Positions 50,401 through 60,395 of a stretch of DNA of 64,000 bases are shown piece after piece. Source of the DNA: Aplysia californica (lineage: Eukaryota); NCBI RefSeq assembly GCF_000002075.1, contig NW_004797350.1, positions 1,483,107 through 1,547,106 on the forward strand. Reading direction: 5' to 3'. Both the position numbers and the translations under genes were made by a program. Numbering within the stretch: the first letter of the stretch is position 1; each line of letters begins with the position of its first letter. The notes beneath the pieces are model-generated. The model did no database searches. It saw only the letters and a list, made by a program, of their open reading frames with translations, and was not told the DNA's origin.

Positions 50401-53400
50401 CTCTGCACTATGCAGGCAAGGATGGGATGCTGTGGTCCAGGGTTGCTCCTACACAAACACCATCTTTCAACATATTCAAGCCTCCAACTGGGCAAGTGAT
50501 GAATCCAAGATATTTGCTGACAGTAGGCGCCACTTACAAACGTTTCATCACTGCCAAGATGATAGAAAGAATCGTCTTATGCACCAATAAGGAAGGAGAA
50601 AAGGTTGAGGGTAATAAGTGGAAAAAGACAGACAGTACAGAGGTTGAGGGGTTCATTGGTTGCCTTTACCATTTGGGGGCCAGGCGCGATGCCCGCACCC
50701 CAACCACTGTCTTGTGGAACAGGACCGATGGCAGCAACTTGGTACAGGCTTGTTTCAGCAGGGCTAGGTTTTTAAAACTATCCCACCACCTGAGATTTGA
50801 TGACAAGGACACTCGCAGAACTAGGCGGGTAGTAGATTGTTTTGCCCCCTTGCGAGAGCTATGGGATGACTTCAATGACAACTTGTGTAGAGAGTATACT
50901 CCGGGCCCTACCCTCACAGTGGATGAACAGTTGATTCCATGGAGGGGCCGCTGCTCATTTCTCCAATATCTTCCGTCTAAACCAGACACATTCGGGATAA
51001 AGATCTTTTGGATCTGTGACGCAGAGAATGGGTTTCCTCTTCATGGTGAACCGTATCTTGGCAGAAAGGGGACGAAAAGACAACAAAATCTAGAAAGGGA
51101 TACAGTAATAGCGTTGACCCAGCCCTACTTCGGAAGTGGGCGCAATTTGACTGTGAACAATTTCTTTACAGACCTGACCTTGAGCACTTACCTCCTCTCA
51201 AACAACATCACCTTGGTGGGAACAGTTAAAAAAACCAGGCGCTTCCTGCCACCAGAATTTAAGAGTGGAAAGGGATTGGGCAAAGGAGATGCCATCTTTG
51301 CCTTTCAGAAAAAGGCCACTATTTTAGCTTTCAAGTCAAACAAGAAGGAACATGTTGTGCTGCTCAGTACCATGCACTGTGCTGACAAATTTGACGAAGA
51401 GGTCAACAAGCCTGAAATTGTTACATCCTACAATTCCACGAAAGGAGGTGTAGGCACAATGGACCAAATGTGCCACGCCCTCACCACCAAGAGAAAAACC
51501 AACCGATGGCCAATGCTCCTCTTCTACAATATGCTAGACCTCGCCTCTGTAGCATCTTTGAATATCTGGAGAAAGATCGCCCCAGAGGACAAACTGTCCA
51601 AAGAGGACAACAGAATTCTGTTTAATTTAGCTTTGGCAAAGGAGCTGACAGGACCTCTTCTACAAATACGACACACTGTCCCAAATCTTCGCAGAGATCT
51701 GAAGCACACCATTGCTATTGCCATCAAGGATTGTGGACTCCAGCTTCCAGAGCAGCCAGTGGACGAAGAGGTCGGCTCAAGCCGAAAGCGTGGACGATGC
51801 CATGTTTGTCCTCGGAAAGATGACTCCAAGACAACCCAACACTGCTCTCTTTGCCATAGACACACTTGCTCGAAGCATATATGGAAAATCTGCTCATCGT
51901 GCCTCGCTAATGAAGGTAAGAAAAGGTGGCGGTAGCCTACATCATTGTTGATTGGTCTGATCTTCCTGGGTTGTTTTTTTCTACAGTAGAACATGACTAT
52001 AGCGGGACCTTACTGGAATCCCCTTTATTTTTCTATGCAAACTCAATTGCCTGTGCTCGGGTTTAGTGGGGCAAGGAAAGGTCCGAACTCAGATACAGCG
52101 GGAGAGATCGAGTGAGTTCTAGCAGGGGGGAAGAGGGTTGGGGGGTGAGGGGGCTTTAGGCAGGCTCCAAACAGGCAGTCAACGGTGCAGTGTTGTGATT
52201 GGCCAGTCCAGTTATAAGTGAGGTGGGGCAGGCGACAGAGAGAGATGGTGCGGAGAGACACGTTACGTGAGCCAATCCAAAAGTGATGTGCCGTGGCTTA
52301 GACGCTCAGGATGAGAGCATATAGGCCTAGGCTAGGCCAAAAAGTAAAAGAAGAGGAGAGCATGTAGTGTGTGATTCCTAATTCATTGAATTGCGATCAT
52401 TGATGCTCATAGGTATACGCACGCATCCACTTCACCAGTTCTACAGTAGGTACGATAGACAGCACTAGCAACAAGACCGAGGAAAAGATGGCTTCCAACA
52501 CAGGCAAAAGGAAATGCTTCTCACCTCAATTAACGGCCGAGATAATCAACGACGTTGACAAGAAAAGGAAGACTAATCTAAAGCGTAAATTTTATTTATT
52601 GAAGGGAGGTAATCATGTGGATTTAAAAAAATTGGGGGAATAATTTCCCCTTTGCATGCCTACAGCAGGAACTCGCCTTCAGCGGGATTTTTCTTGTAGA
52701 ACCAAAAGTCCCACTATAGCCGTGTTCTACTGTACTGTAGTTTTCCTTCAGCTTTCACACTCTTGTTACAGTTGTTGCACTCTGGTGTGATTTCCTCTTT
52801 ACCCTACTTTCCTGAATGCCTTTTGCTAGATATCATCTTCTTTGTCTACTTTCTTCATTTGAAAAGAGCTTATCCCCATAAAAATAATCTCTTCAACTGA
52901 AGTACGATACACCTGGTGCAAGTGCTACATGCAACAGATCTACCGTACAAAAAGCATGTAAACGAGCCTATGGTATGTACGCTGTTTTTTTTAATGTAGC
53001 ACATGCACAAGGGGTAGCCTACTCTAGGTGCAGATGGTCAGGTTTCCTACTTTGCTCAGTATTGCGCTGTAATTGTTCCATGCTCCTTCTTTTCTTTGTT
53101 ACTATTTATCACCCTCAAGGGGATTTTGTGGATGGTTTGCGGTAGCTCTGGTGTAGTCTGCTCTTTCTATGTCTTTCTACGTCTTGCTGTTGTCAGAATC
53201 TACTTCCTGGAGCTGAATGGCCTAACAGTAACTTATAGTGTTGGAAAAGCCTTCCTCATTAAAGTTAAAACATATACCTGTACAACATACACAGCATTAT
53301 ACCAAATACTCTATTCATAACTTGACAAACACAAAAAGATGTGATCTAGAAGAGCGTCTGTGTTATGGTGGAATCAAGTGTTTGTCAATTTTTGAGCATA

Positions 53401-55555
53401 TGGGGTTACTGGTATTGTTTTAAAGCCTGTTCATTTGCCTTTCTTTTGGTGAAAAAAATATTAATCTTTGTTGAATAGAAGTCGAAATATTTGCAATTAA
53501 AGGAGGTCAGGGTCGCCTGGTCTCAGAGATGAAATTAGCAAGAAAATGGCCATCAAAGTTTGCAATTTCCATAGCTTGAGAGTCTTTGGAAACTGAAAAT
53601 TGACATTTTTTGTGCCTTTAATCAATGTTTTTCAGTAACATCTACACAGAAAATGTGATTTTAAATGGATATAAAAGGTGTTAAGCCAAAGAAAGAAAAT
53701 TTTGTAAAAATTATTCAACGGTCAGAAAAATGCCAATTTCTTTGATTTCATTATTTTGATGAGCGCCTGATTTCACTACGATGCCTCACATTTAATTATT
53801 TTTTCAGGGCTCTGCGTCTGGGGTCCTTCCCTTCCCCCACAGGGTCTGATGTCCCAAGAGACTAGCCATCTCGACGAAGGTCACGAAATGGTTCTGGGGA
53901 ACAAATGAAAATGTTCAACTGCATATTTTTTCTTGTTGGTTAATAAATCATGTTCACTAAGAAGTACAGTATCTCAGTTTCTCACTTTTTGTATGGCTAT
54001 TATTCACTAGACTGGAAAATGACATGTTGTTCCCCCACCAGGGCAGTGCTACCGACTGAAATGTCTTCAGGCCATTCCCAACGGGGGGGATACCCCCCGA
54101 GGCGGTGCCACTGACTGTCTTTAGGCTATCCCAAAGGGGGGACATTTCTTGTTCATGCATAGTAGAATTGTAAATGGGCTGATTCATCAATGTCACGCTC
54201 ATAACTGTGCCTGATCTACAATTGGGAACTGCTGCTTTTTCTTTCCTAATCCTTACTATTGTCATTTTTGCTCTACTTCTTTTGTATGTTTGTCACACTC
54301 TTGTGACCCACTATTTCCAGGGTGCTTTAATAGTCGAAGCAGACTTTGTGCTGTTGAAGCTAGAGAGGTGAGCAGAGAAAGTCTGATTCCCTGTAAGGAC
54401 TTCTCTCTTGACATCCACCCCTTGGCGTTCATATGCCCTTATGCAGTTGCGAGCGCCGTAAAATCTCTTCTAAAACTAAAAGGAGGAATATGTTTTTATG
54501 CACAGTAGAATTGTAGATGGGCTGATTTATCAATGTCGTGCTCATACTACTGTGCCGCAACAACATAGGGGGGACCGCTGTTGATATCCACCACTTGGCG
54601 CTCATGCGACCTTTTGCAGTTGCGAGTGCCGTAAAAAAAACTTTCTAAAACATAAAACAGTTAAATTGTTTCTGTTTAAGGGCACGTGGGTGGCGGGCGC
54701 TCTGGTGTGGTGTTCTTCTTTGTGTTTGCTACTATTGCTTTCATCTGTTTCCTAGTGTTGAAATTACATTACAGTGCCGATCGTCCCTTAAAACCCCAAT
54801 AAACTCTTAACACGCTGTTTCGGGTTGCCAGAGTCTGGCCACATACTGTTACTGTAGGTGATACAAGTGAGTCACAGCTACAGGTTGCGACTTCAGTGCT
54901 TTCTTGTCATATTTCCTTTTTTTAAACAGTGAAAACAGTTCATAACAAAGAGTGATCTTAAGAAGAAATCACATTTTCACTTTTGAAAAAAATTGGAGAT
55001 ATGACAAGAAAGCACTGAGGTCACGAGGTGGTAACCTGGTTCGATCCCGTAGGTCCATAGTCATGAGCGAATGGTTCCTTTGTTGGCTTTCGAAGTCAAA
55101 ATGACTTACCAAGGGATTATCGTCATGCTGGTAGTCATAAGCCCCCAGCTGGCCGCTCCTCCTCTTCGTCATGGTGGACTGCAGCCCCCACAGTCTCTCT
55201 GACCTCAGTAGGCCAGACTCTCGGACTTGCAGCACCTCTCGCATCAACTGCCATCTGTTCCAACGGGCCTGTCGGGACAGATAGGCTGAAATGACAAAAC
55301 TAATAACAGTATAACACGGATAGCTCAAATTCTTCCTGACCGGCCTCGGTATTTCGAGGGATATCTTACAAAGATAGAAAAGGGAAAAAACGGGACTGCA
55401 AGCACAGTTCGACAGACGCATGATTTTGAGTCATTTGTGTTCGACCTATCCGTGTTATACTGTATGAGACTTTGGGTTTGGGTTGACACCACGTTTAAGT
55501 TAAACACACATAATAAATAATAAGTAGGTTAGTCTTTTCATAGGTGGAGCACTTG

Positions 55556-55604
<49 letters not shown>

Positions 55605-58600
55605 TCTCTCTCTCCCTCTCCCTCTCTTTCTGCCCCACCCCCAGTTAGTGCACAGGGCAGTGAAGAAAAACCCAGAAAAGTACAGTAAAGTCGATGGGTC
55701 TTGCCAATTTTATGTCACTATCGACATAGGCGTCATTATAAGAGAGGGCTAAACTTGAGTGGAAGGAGCAGAAAAAGGACGATAGCAAAGTGCAAAAAAA
55801 AAAAAAGAAAACAACACAATAGAACCCCCTTCCTTAGTCAAGAAGAGTCTCAAATAAACAACTGGGTCGGAACAACTAATGCAAGATGAATTCAAAACTA
55901 GATCTACGTTTACGATTCTCACAATGAGTGTAATCGATTACATACCCTGTGAGAAAGTTTTGTCCCGCCTCAAGTCTAGAACTGAGAGAGAGAGAGCGAA
56001 GTTCTAGAACTGAGAGAGAGCGAAGTTCTAGAACTGAGAGAGCAAACTAATTTTGGGCCAAACTTTCTGTAACGAGTATAAAAGCTTGTGCGACATTAGT
56101 GCTAACCGGTTGAACCTTCGACACATCCACAAAACCAATAACAAAAACAAACTAACCTCTGTTCGCTTAAGGCTCTGTGCAACACACTTGCCGCCATCTT
56201 GGATTGTAAAGCCTTTCGATTCCAGCGTGAGTTTGATTACTTGGGGTCGTTAGTTACCCCGCAGGGTACGGATCGGAATAACAAGTAAATTTCCTCTTTC
56301 CTCTTTGGAAAATGGGGGTACTGAGTACCCCGCATCGAATGGATACGATAGTAAAACATAGTGTACGGATACGGTTAATTATTTCATTGCTTTCTTTGGT
56401 GGCTGCCATTTGTCCAGATCCTGAATTTCTTGAGAAAAGATTTTCTCAGAAGGGCATAGGTTTAAGTGGTCAGTCCTGGCTAGCAACAACGGAATGTTGA
56501 TAGAGTGTGAGACCTGTAAGCCTTGGCAGATGTGATCAAGTTGGCGGAGAAAGAAACAGAAGTAAACTTGTGAAGTATAGTGTGTGTCATTTCTTCTTTA
56601 ACTCATTAACCATAGCTTTCTTTCTCCATCTCAAGACCCGTCTGTGGTGTAGCGGTTAATAATTTTGCTATGGCATACAGGAGACCCAAGTTCAATTCTT
56701 GATTATGGAGAATTTCTATCAGTTGTCTGTCTTTCTTCTGGGATGCTGTATCCCTCTCAGTTAGGGTTGGCCTTGACAAGCACGGTCAAAGCCTGCCGAC
56801 TAAATGATCTAAATTGTGTTGATAGAGACGTAAAAACACCTACATTTGATTTTTTTTCCCTCTCTATGACAGGACATTGACGTGGTGAATGTGCCAGACC
56901 ACAGTGTCCTGAAAAGACAAGAGTTGCAGCCGGGCACTGCCTACAAGTTCCGTGTGGCTGGCATCAATGCGTGTGGCCGGGGGCCGTTCAGTGAGGTGTC
57001 TGCCTTCAAGACTTGTCTGCCTGGTTTCCCTGGAGCGCCTTCTGCCATCAAGATCAGCAAGGTGAGAAACTGTTTGATTCTGTCAGGTCTGAGTGTAGTG
57101 CGACTTTGCTGTCGAAATATCTAGTCTGAGGCATCTTCAATGTAGGTTTTCTCTTTTGCATCTGATTTTGTTGTTATGCAGAAAAACAAACAAGCAATTT
57201 TCGAAAGATTTATTCTTTTCACAACTTCTGCTATGCAGCTATTTTTAGTCGTTTAGAGGCCGTCGGGTGTAGTTGTATTGATTGCTTGGTTTTCAACGGG
57301 GTTTTTTTTTTACAACCAGGGTTAAGGTAGATGGTTGTAGGATGCCCTGATAAGCCCTACTTTTTTACCTTCCCTCTGTTGTTTCTGTCTGTTTTACTTT
57401 TCCCCAGCACTTAAGTACCATTATTGTGTCAACGAGCGTCTCTTTACTCCAACAAACCACAAAAAAAAGCCCCCAGCTTTAAGCATGACGTTTCCACATG
57501 TTTGTATCGTGTTGTTGTTTTTTGTCCCCACAGAGCAGCGACGGTGCGCACCTGTCCTGGGAGCCTCCCCAGAACACGGCGGGCAAGATCATAGAATACA
57601 GTGTCTACTTGGCCGTACGCAATCAAAACACGGAGACCAAGCCCGGCACACCTGCACAGCTTGCGTTTGTGCGCGTGTTTTGCGGGCCCCTTCCCTCCTG
57701 TGTGGTAGCCAACTCATCTCTCACCTCTGCTCACATTGACTACACCACCAAGCCAGCCATCATTTTCCGCATCGCAGCTCGCAACGAGAAGGGCTATGGA
57801 CCCGCCACACAAGTCAGGTGGCTGCAGGGTGAGTGTCTGAAGGCTTGACCAGGGCTTCCAGTCTTCCGCAATTTTGCGGATTTCCGCAAATTAGCAGAAT
57901 TCTGCAAATGGAAAAATTTCCGTAAAAATTTGTGCCCCCCCCCCAAAAATTATTTTCAAAAATGCGAAATACAAAATTTCCGTTATTACCAATAGTCAAC
58001 AAAGGCCAACCCATACCGGAAGTGCTCTTTTATTTGAAAGTATAGACAGTGTCTTTCACTTTCTAAAGCTCAAGAATCAGAGCACCAGCTCTGTAAACAA
58101 GAGGAAGAAATGACGATTATGGTTCTAGATCTATCGATCTTGGGCCTTCCAAGAAAAGAAAACTCTAAAGAGAGCTTGATTATTTTTTTTTACCAGACTT
58201 GTTTATTTGTAAGTATTGTTGTGGATTTAAGTTGATATAGATCTAGATCTAGATCTAGCTGTCCAGTTATTTAGATCTACATCTAGATCTAGACTAGATC
58301 TATATCTAGATCTAGATCAAGTCAAGCTGTTATACTGGATTCTGAATCTAGCTAATCTAGACCTACACCTTATGATGATTATTGTGCAAACCAACACAAG
58401 CAGAAAAAAGTTGAACATTAACTGTCAAGTTTTATAGATCTAGTTGTGGATGTACAGTATCTGTACAAGGGAGAAAGCATGGCTTTGGATTTGGAAATAT
58501 ATGGATTAACACAAGCAGAAAATTATGTAGGCTAGGTCTACGTTCTAGGTCTATGCAGTATGCAAGGTATGTTTTTTTTTCTCACTTATTTTCTTGTTAA

Positions 58601-60395
58601 ATTTAGGCTTGAATAGCCAGAAAAGGCATACTTAGGATGCCCTGAAACCAAAAATTCTCAAACGTAAAGGGGGCGCTGTCCCCCTTCAACCCCCTGCTAG
58701 GGCTCCGCCCTGGACCCGATAATCCTCGAAAAATGACATCAGCTGCTGGAAGCTCTGCTTGACGTATTTGAAAATGGAGCAGAGGCCTCTTTTTCTTCAG
58801 AAGCTGATCCTTTTATCCTTCACCTAGGATGAATGTGGTCAGCTGCAATATATATCCTGAACTTCACTGTGACTGAATTTTAAAGGAGCCTGTATTTGAT
58901 TGTGCATTTTAAAACTTAATTTCTGCCTGTTTGTATTCTGTTCTTGAGGGGGGGGGGGATGCGCTTTATTCAAGAGCTGTTTAGAAGGAGTTGTGTGTGT
59001 TTATTTCAGTTTGTGGTAGTTATAAGTGAAGATAAGGTTTCTTTCTTATTCATTTGTAGGCCATACTCTTTCAAAGTTTATAATGTGCCTTTCAAAATAT
59101 TACAGCAGCAGTAAGTCTATCAGTTTTTTGCCCCCTACTGCCCACCGAGCAGTAATGGGTACCTGACTTGTAGTTGGGGAAGTAAGGGCAGTGTGGAAAA
59201 GAACCAGCCACCCTACCACAATATGCAGAAGGCCGAGGAAGTTGTTTCACTAACAAGGCAATCCCCGATGTCCGGATCGGATGCGGGAACAAAGCAAGCT
59301 GTACCTTCAGAACACTCTTCCTTTACAAGGGGACTCCATGGACCCGGAGTGTCTGATTATAAATTATGTTTTTATTTTTAGACCAGTTTACTAAAAGGAG
59401 TGGTGAAGTTGTGTGAAATGCACCAATTTCCTGAGAAATGTTTTCAGTTACATTATCATATGGGTTTTTTTTTTTACCTTCTTCAGATGCCTCACAGAGT
59501 CCTTCAGCTGGTGGGAAGGCTGTCAAAAGACAAGGGTCAGAGAATGTGTAAGTACATTATTACTATTTTCTATATTGTTTGTGTCAATGAGCTTCATGTA
59601 GAATATATTTTTCCCTCTAAAAAGTCCCTAAGTCTTTTCTGTGTGTTTGTTCTTCTTCCTCTCGATGTGTTCACTTGTCTGGCATTGACATGGTGTGGGT
59701 GGTTGGCAGGTGCTCTGGTGTGGTTTGCTCCTTCTTTCTTATCAAACATCTATCGTCCTTATCTCCCCTTCTTCTTTCTTATGTTCGTTATTCTCTTGTA
59801 ATACCTCTCATGTTCTAGCGCTCATATGACCGTATGAGGTTGCGAGCGTCGTATAACCTCTACAAAAGAAAAATTGATATGGTCAGTAATGCAACAAACC
59901 AAGAGGAGGCAAGACAACAGTGACAAAGTTCCTATTGTAGCTTTGAAGTATGATAAAACCTTTTTTTATGAAGTACTGAACTGTCCATTCTTCCAAAAAT
60001 GTTTAATTGTACACCGGCCATGTTTTCTGTAAAAAAAAAAGATAGTTTCTCAAGTTGTCTTCATTCTTTTGTTGCCTTTATTTTATGTAGCGTAAGCTAT
60101 GACAAGTGTTTCGTGGCTTTTATTTATTTTTTCTCTTTGGTTTGATATATCATAATATAAGCAAAGCGCCTTTTGCTTAGCCCATTGAAGATATTCGTGG
60201 AGTGAGATTTCCAATTACTGAACCCTCAAGGGCCTTGACAAAACATCGCATTGTTTCAACTCCAAGCAGGGACTCTTTCACAGTTGTTTATCCTGCTACC
60301 AACTGAGCTGACACTAGACTCCCTGTTTTCTCTTTGTCCACAGCAAACCAGGGTCAATGGTGAAGAAACTGAAGGTGGAGGACGGTGAGAGCTAG
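26822..60395 (+). CDS. HCFC1: Host cell factor 1 (Kelch beta-propeller, SAS1N, basic region, acidic region, Fn3/SAS1C, NLS), about 1571 aa
   Basis: Exons: 26822-26981, 28881-29102, 29694-29781, 30003-30211, 30517-30708, 32726-32871, 33272-33305, 33803-34111, 35393-35470, 38831-38958, 39966-40143, 42715-42908, 43310-43459, 43801-43945, 44303-44437, 44713-44802, 45890-47302, 47904-48151, 56873-57061, 57534-57828, 59487-59547, 60344-60395 (4716 nt, phases consistent). Diagnostic peptides: [126 protein letters not shown]. Confidence 0.96.
28119..28334. mobile_element. Merlin-like MITE in HCFC1 intron 1
   Basis: 8-bp TSD GAATTTTG on both sides; 25-bp TIR GGTAAGATTGAAGAATACCGGACCA (1 mismatch). 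The GGNRM start plus 8-bp TSD fits Merlin. Confidence 0.75.
30743..31480 (+). other. Identical copy of 28363-29097 (HCFC1 intron-1 end and exon 2); probable assembly artefact
   Basis: Offset 2383 bp, no differences seen apart from G-run length; begins in a poly-G run and ends at a 100-N gap. Confidence 0.8.
31581..32745 (+). repeat. 353-bp tandem repeat (at least 3 copies) containing the HCFC1 exon-6 acceptor
   Basis: Units start at 31581, 31934 and 32287, with the final real acceptor unit at 32608; copies are near identical. Confidence 0.9.
34243..34589. mobile_element. hAT-like MITE with 6-bp TSD
   Basis: AAGTTG|CATAGCTGCCAAC ... GTTGGGAGCTATG|AAGTTG; related copy at 18408-18773. Confidence 0.75.
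40275..41238. mobile_element. Non-autonomous DNA transposon with TAA TSD (PIF/Harbinger-like)
   Basis: TAA|TGTAGCAATGCCAAT ... ATTGTCATTGCTACA|TAA (14/15); CpG-rich interior. Superfamily inferred from the TWA TSD only. Confidence 0.65.
41244..42344. mobile_element. hAT-like non-autonomous element with 6-bp TSD and internal TCTAGA/AGATCT arrays
   Basis: ATAATG|TAGACCTGCATGT ... ACATGCAGGTCTA|ATAATG (perfect 13-bp TIR). Confidence 0.75.
45105..45780. mobile_element. Kolobok-like MITE
   Basis: TTAA|G(n)CGCTACACC ... GGTGTAGC(n)|TTAA: TTAA TSD with purine (GG) termini. Confidence 0.75.
48906..49442. mobile_element. pogo/Tc1-mariner-type MITE, copy 1, nested in the piggyBac
   Basis: TA|CAGTATAACACGGATAGGTCGAAC ... 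GTGTGTTATACTG|TA; shares subterminal sequence with 55307-55462. Confidence 0.7.
50071..50111 (+). promoter_or_regulatory. 3' splice acceptor immediately upstream of the transposase ATG; matching donor G|GTAAGT at 49501/49502
   Basis: GACTAAAT branch-like motif, TTTCTTTTTCTATTTTCCCCTC pyrimidine tract, then TTTAG|ATG. Confidence 0.75.
50112..51935 (+). CDS. piggyBac transposase (607 aa), open frame but two catalytic Asp substituted
   Basis: Acidic N-terminus; [15 protein letters not shown]; [24 protein letters not shown] (D1 present); NLTVNNFFT (D2 to N); [14 protein letters not shown] (D3 to G); [12 protein letters not shown]; C-terminal Cys-rich domain RGRCHVC...[12 protein letters not shown]...CSSC. 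Confidence 0.93.
   Translation: MERHNVFNQYPVVWGGDDDDGYGQESDVASESEDDILGNEAEKSDVEEVSGEEEVETESDNGDDQLEVVFQPVEMGMLDMPHAAGEPALSDSETGVPLHYAGKDGMLWSRVAPTQTPSFNIFKPPTGQVMNPRYLLTVGATYKRFITAKMIERIVLCTNKEGEKVEGNKWKKTDSTEVEGFIGCLYHLGARRDARTPTTVLWNRTDGSNLVQACFSRARFLKLSHHLRFDDKDTRRTRRVVDCFAPLRELWDDFNDNLCREYTPGPTLTVDEQLIPWRGRCSFLQYLPSKPDTFGIKIFWICDAENGFPLHGEPYLGRKGTKRQQNLERDTVIALTQPYFGSGRNLTVNNFFTDLTLSTYLLSNNITLVGTVKKTRRFLPPEFKSGKGLGKGDAIFAFQKKATILAFKSNKKEHVVLLSTMHCADKFDEEVNKPEIVTSYNSTKGGVGTMDQMCHALTTKRKTNRWPMLLFYNMLDLASVASLNIWRKIAPEDKLSKEDNRILFNLALAKELTGPLLQIRHTVPNLRRDLKHTIAIAIKDCGLQLPEQPVDEEVGSSRKRGRCHVCPRKDDSKTTQHCSLCHRHTCSKHIWKICSSCLANEGKKRWR
51984..52732 (+). mobile_element. Internally deleted pogo/Tigger-like element
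   Basis: TA|CAGTAGAACATGACTATAGCGGGAC ... GTCCCACTATAGCCGTGTTCTACTG|TA. A remnant ORF from 52488 ([28 protein letters not shown]) resembles the HTH-psq start of Tigger transposases. Confidence 0.75.
55307..55462. mobile_element. pogo/Tc1-mariner-type MITE, copy 2 (inverted relative to copy 1, internally deleted)
   Basis: CAGTATAACACGGATAGCTCAAATT ... GTGTTCGACCTATCCGTGTTATACTG|TA. Confidence 0.7.
56636..56845 (+). mobile_element. Degenerate tRNA-derived SINE
   Basis: A-box-like TGGTGTAGCGG, B-box-like AGTTCAATTC and a LINE-like 3' tail TGTGTTGATAGAGACGTAAAAA. Confidence 0.55.
57850..58757. mobile_element. hAT-like non-autonomous element with 6-bp TSD and internal AGATCT arrays
   Basis: CTTGAC|CAGGGCTTCCAG ... 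CTGGAAGCTCTG|CTTGAC (11/12 TIR). Confidence 0.75.

Larger units (their letters stand above)
48492..56374 (+). mobile_element. Full-length piggyBac DNA transposon in HCFC1 intron 18, carrying nested MITEs
   Basis: TTAA TSDs at 48488-48491 and 56375-56378. TIRs CCCTATCCGTACAC ... GTGTACGGATACGG (13/14 match). Internal inverted repeat GGGGTAACAAACGACCCCA (~48756) / TGGGGTCGTTAGTTACCCC (~56242). Encloses a piggyBac transposase ORF. Confidence 0.92.
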
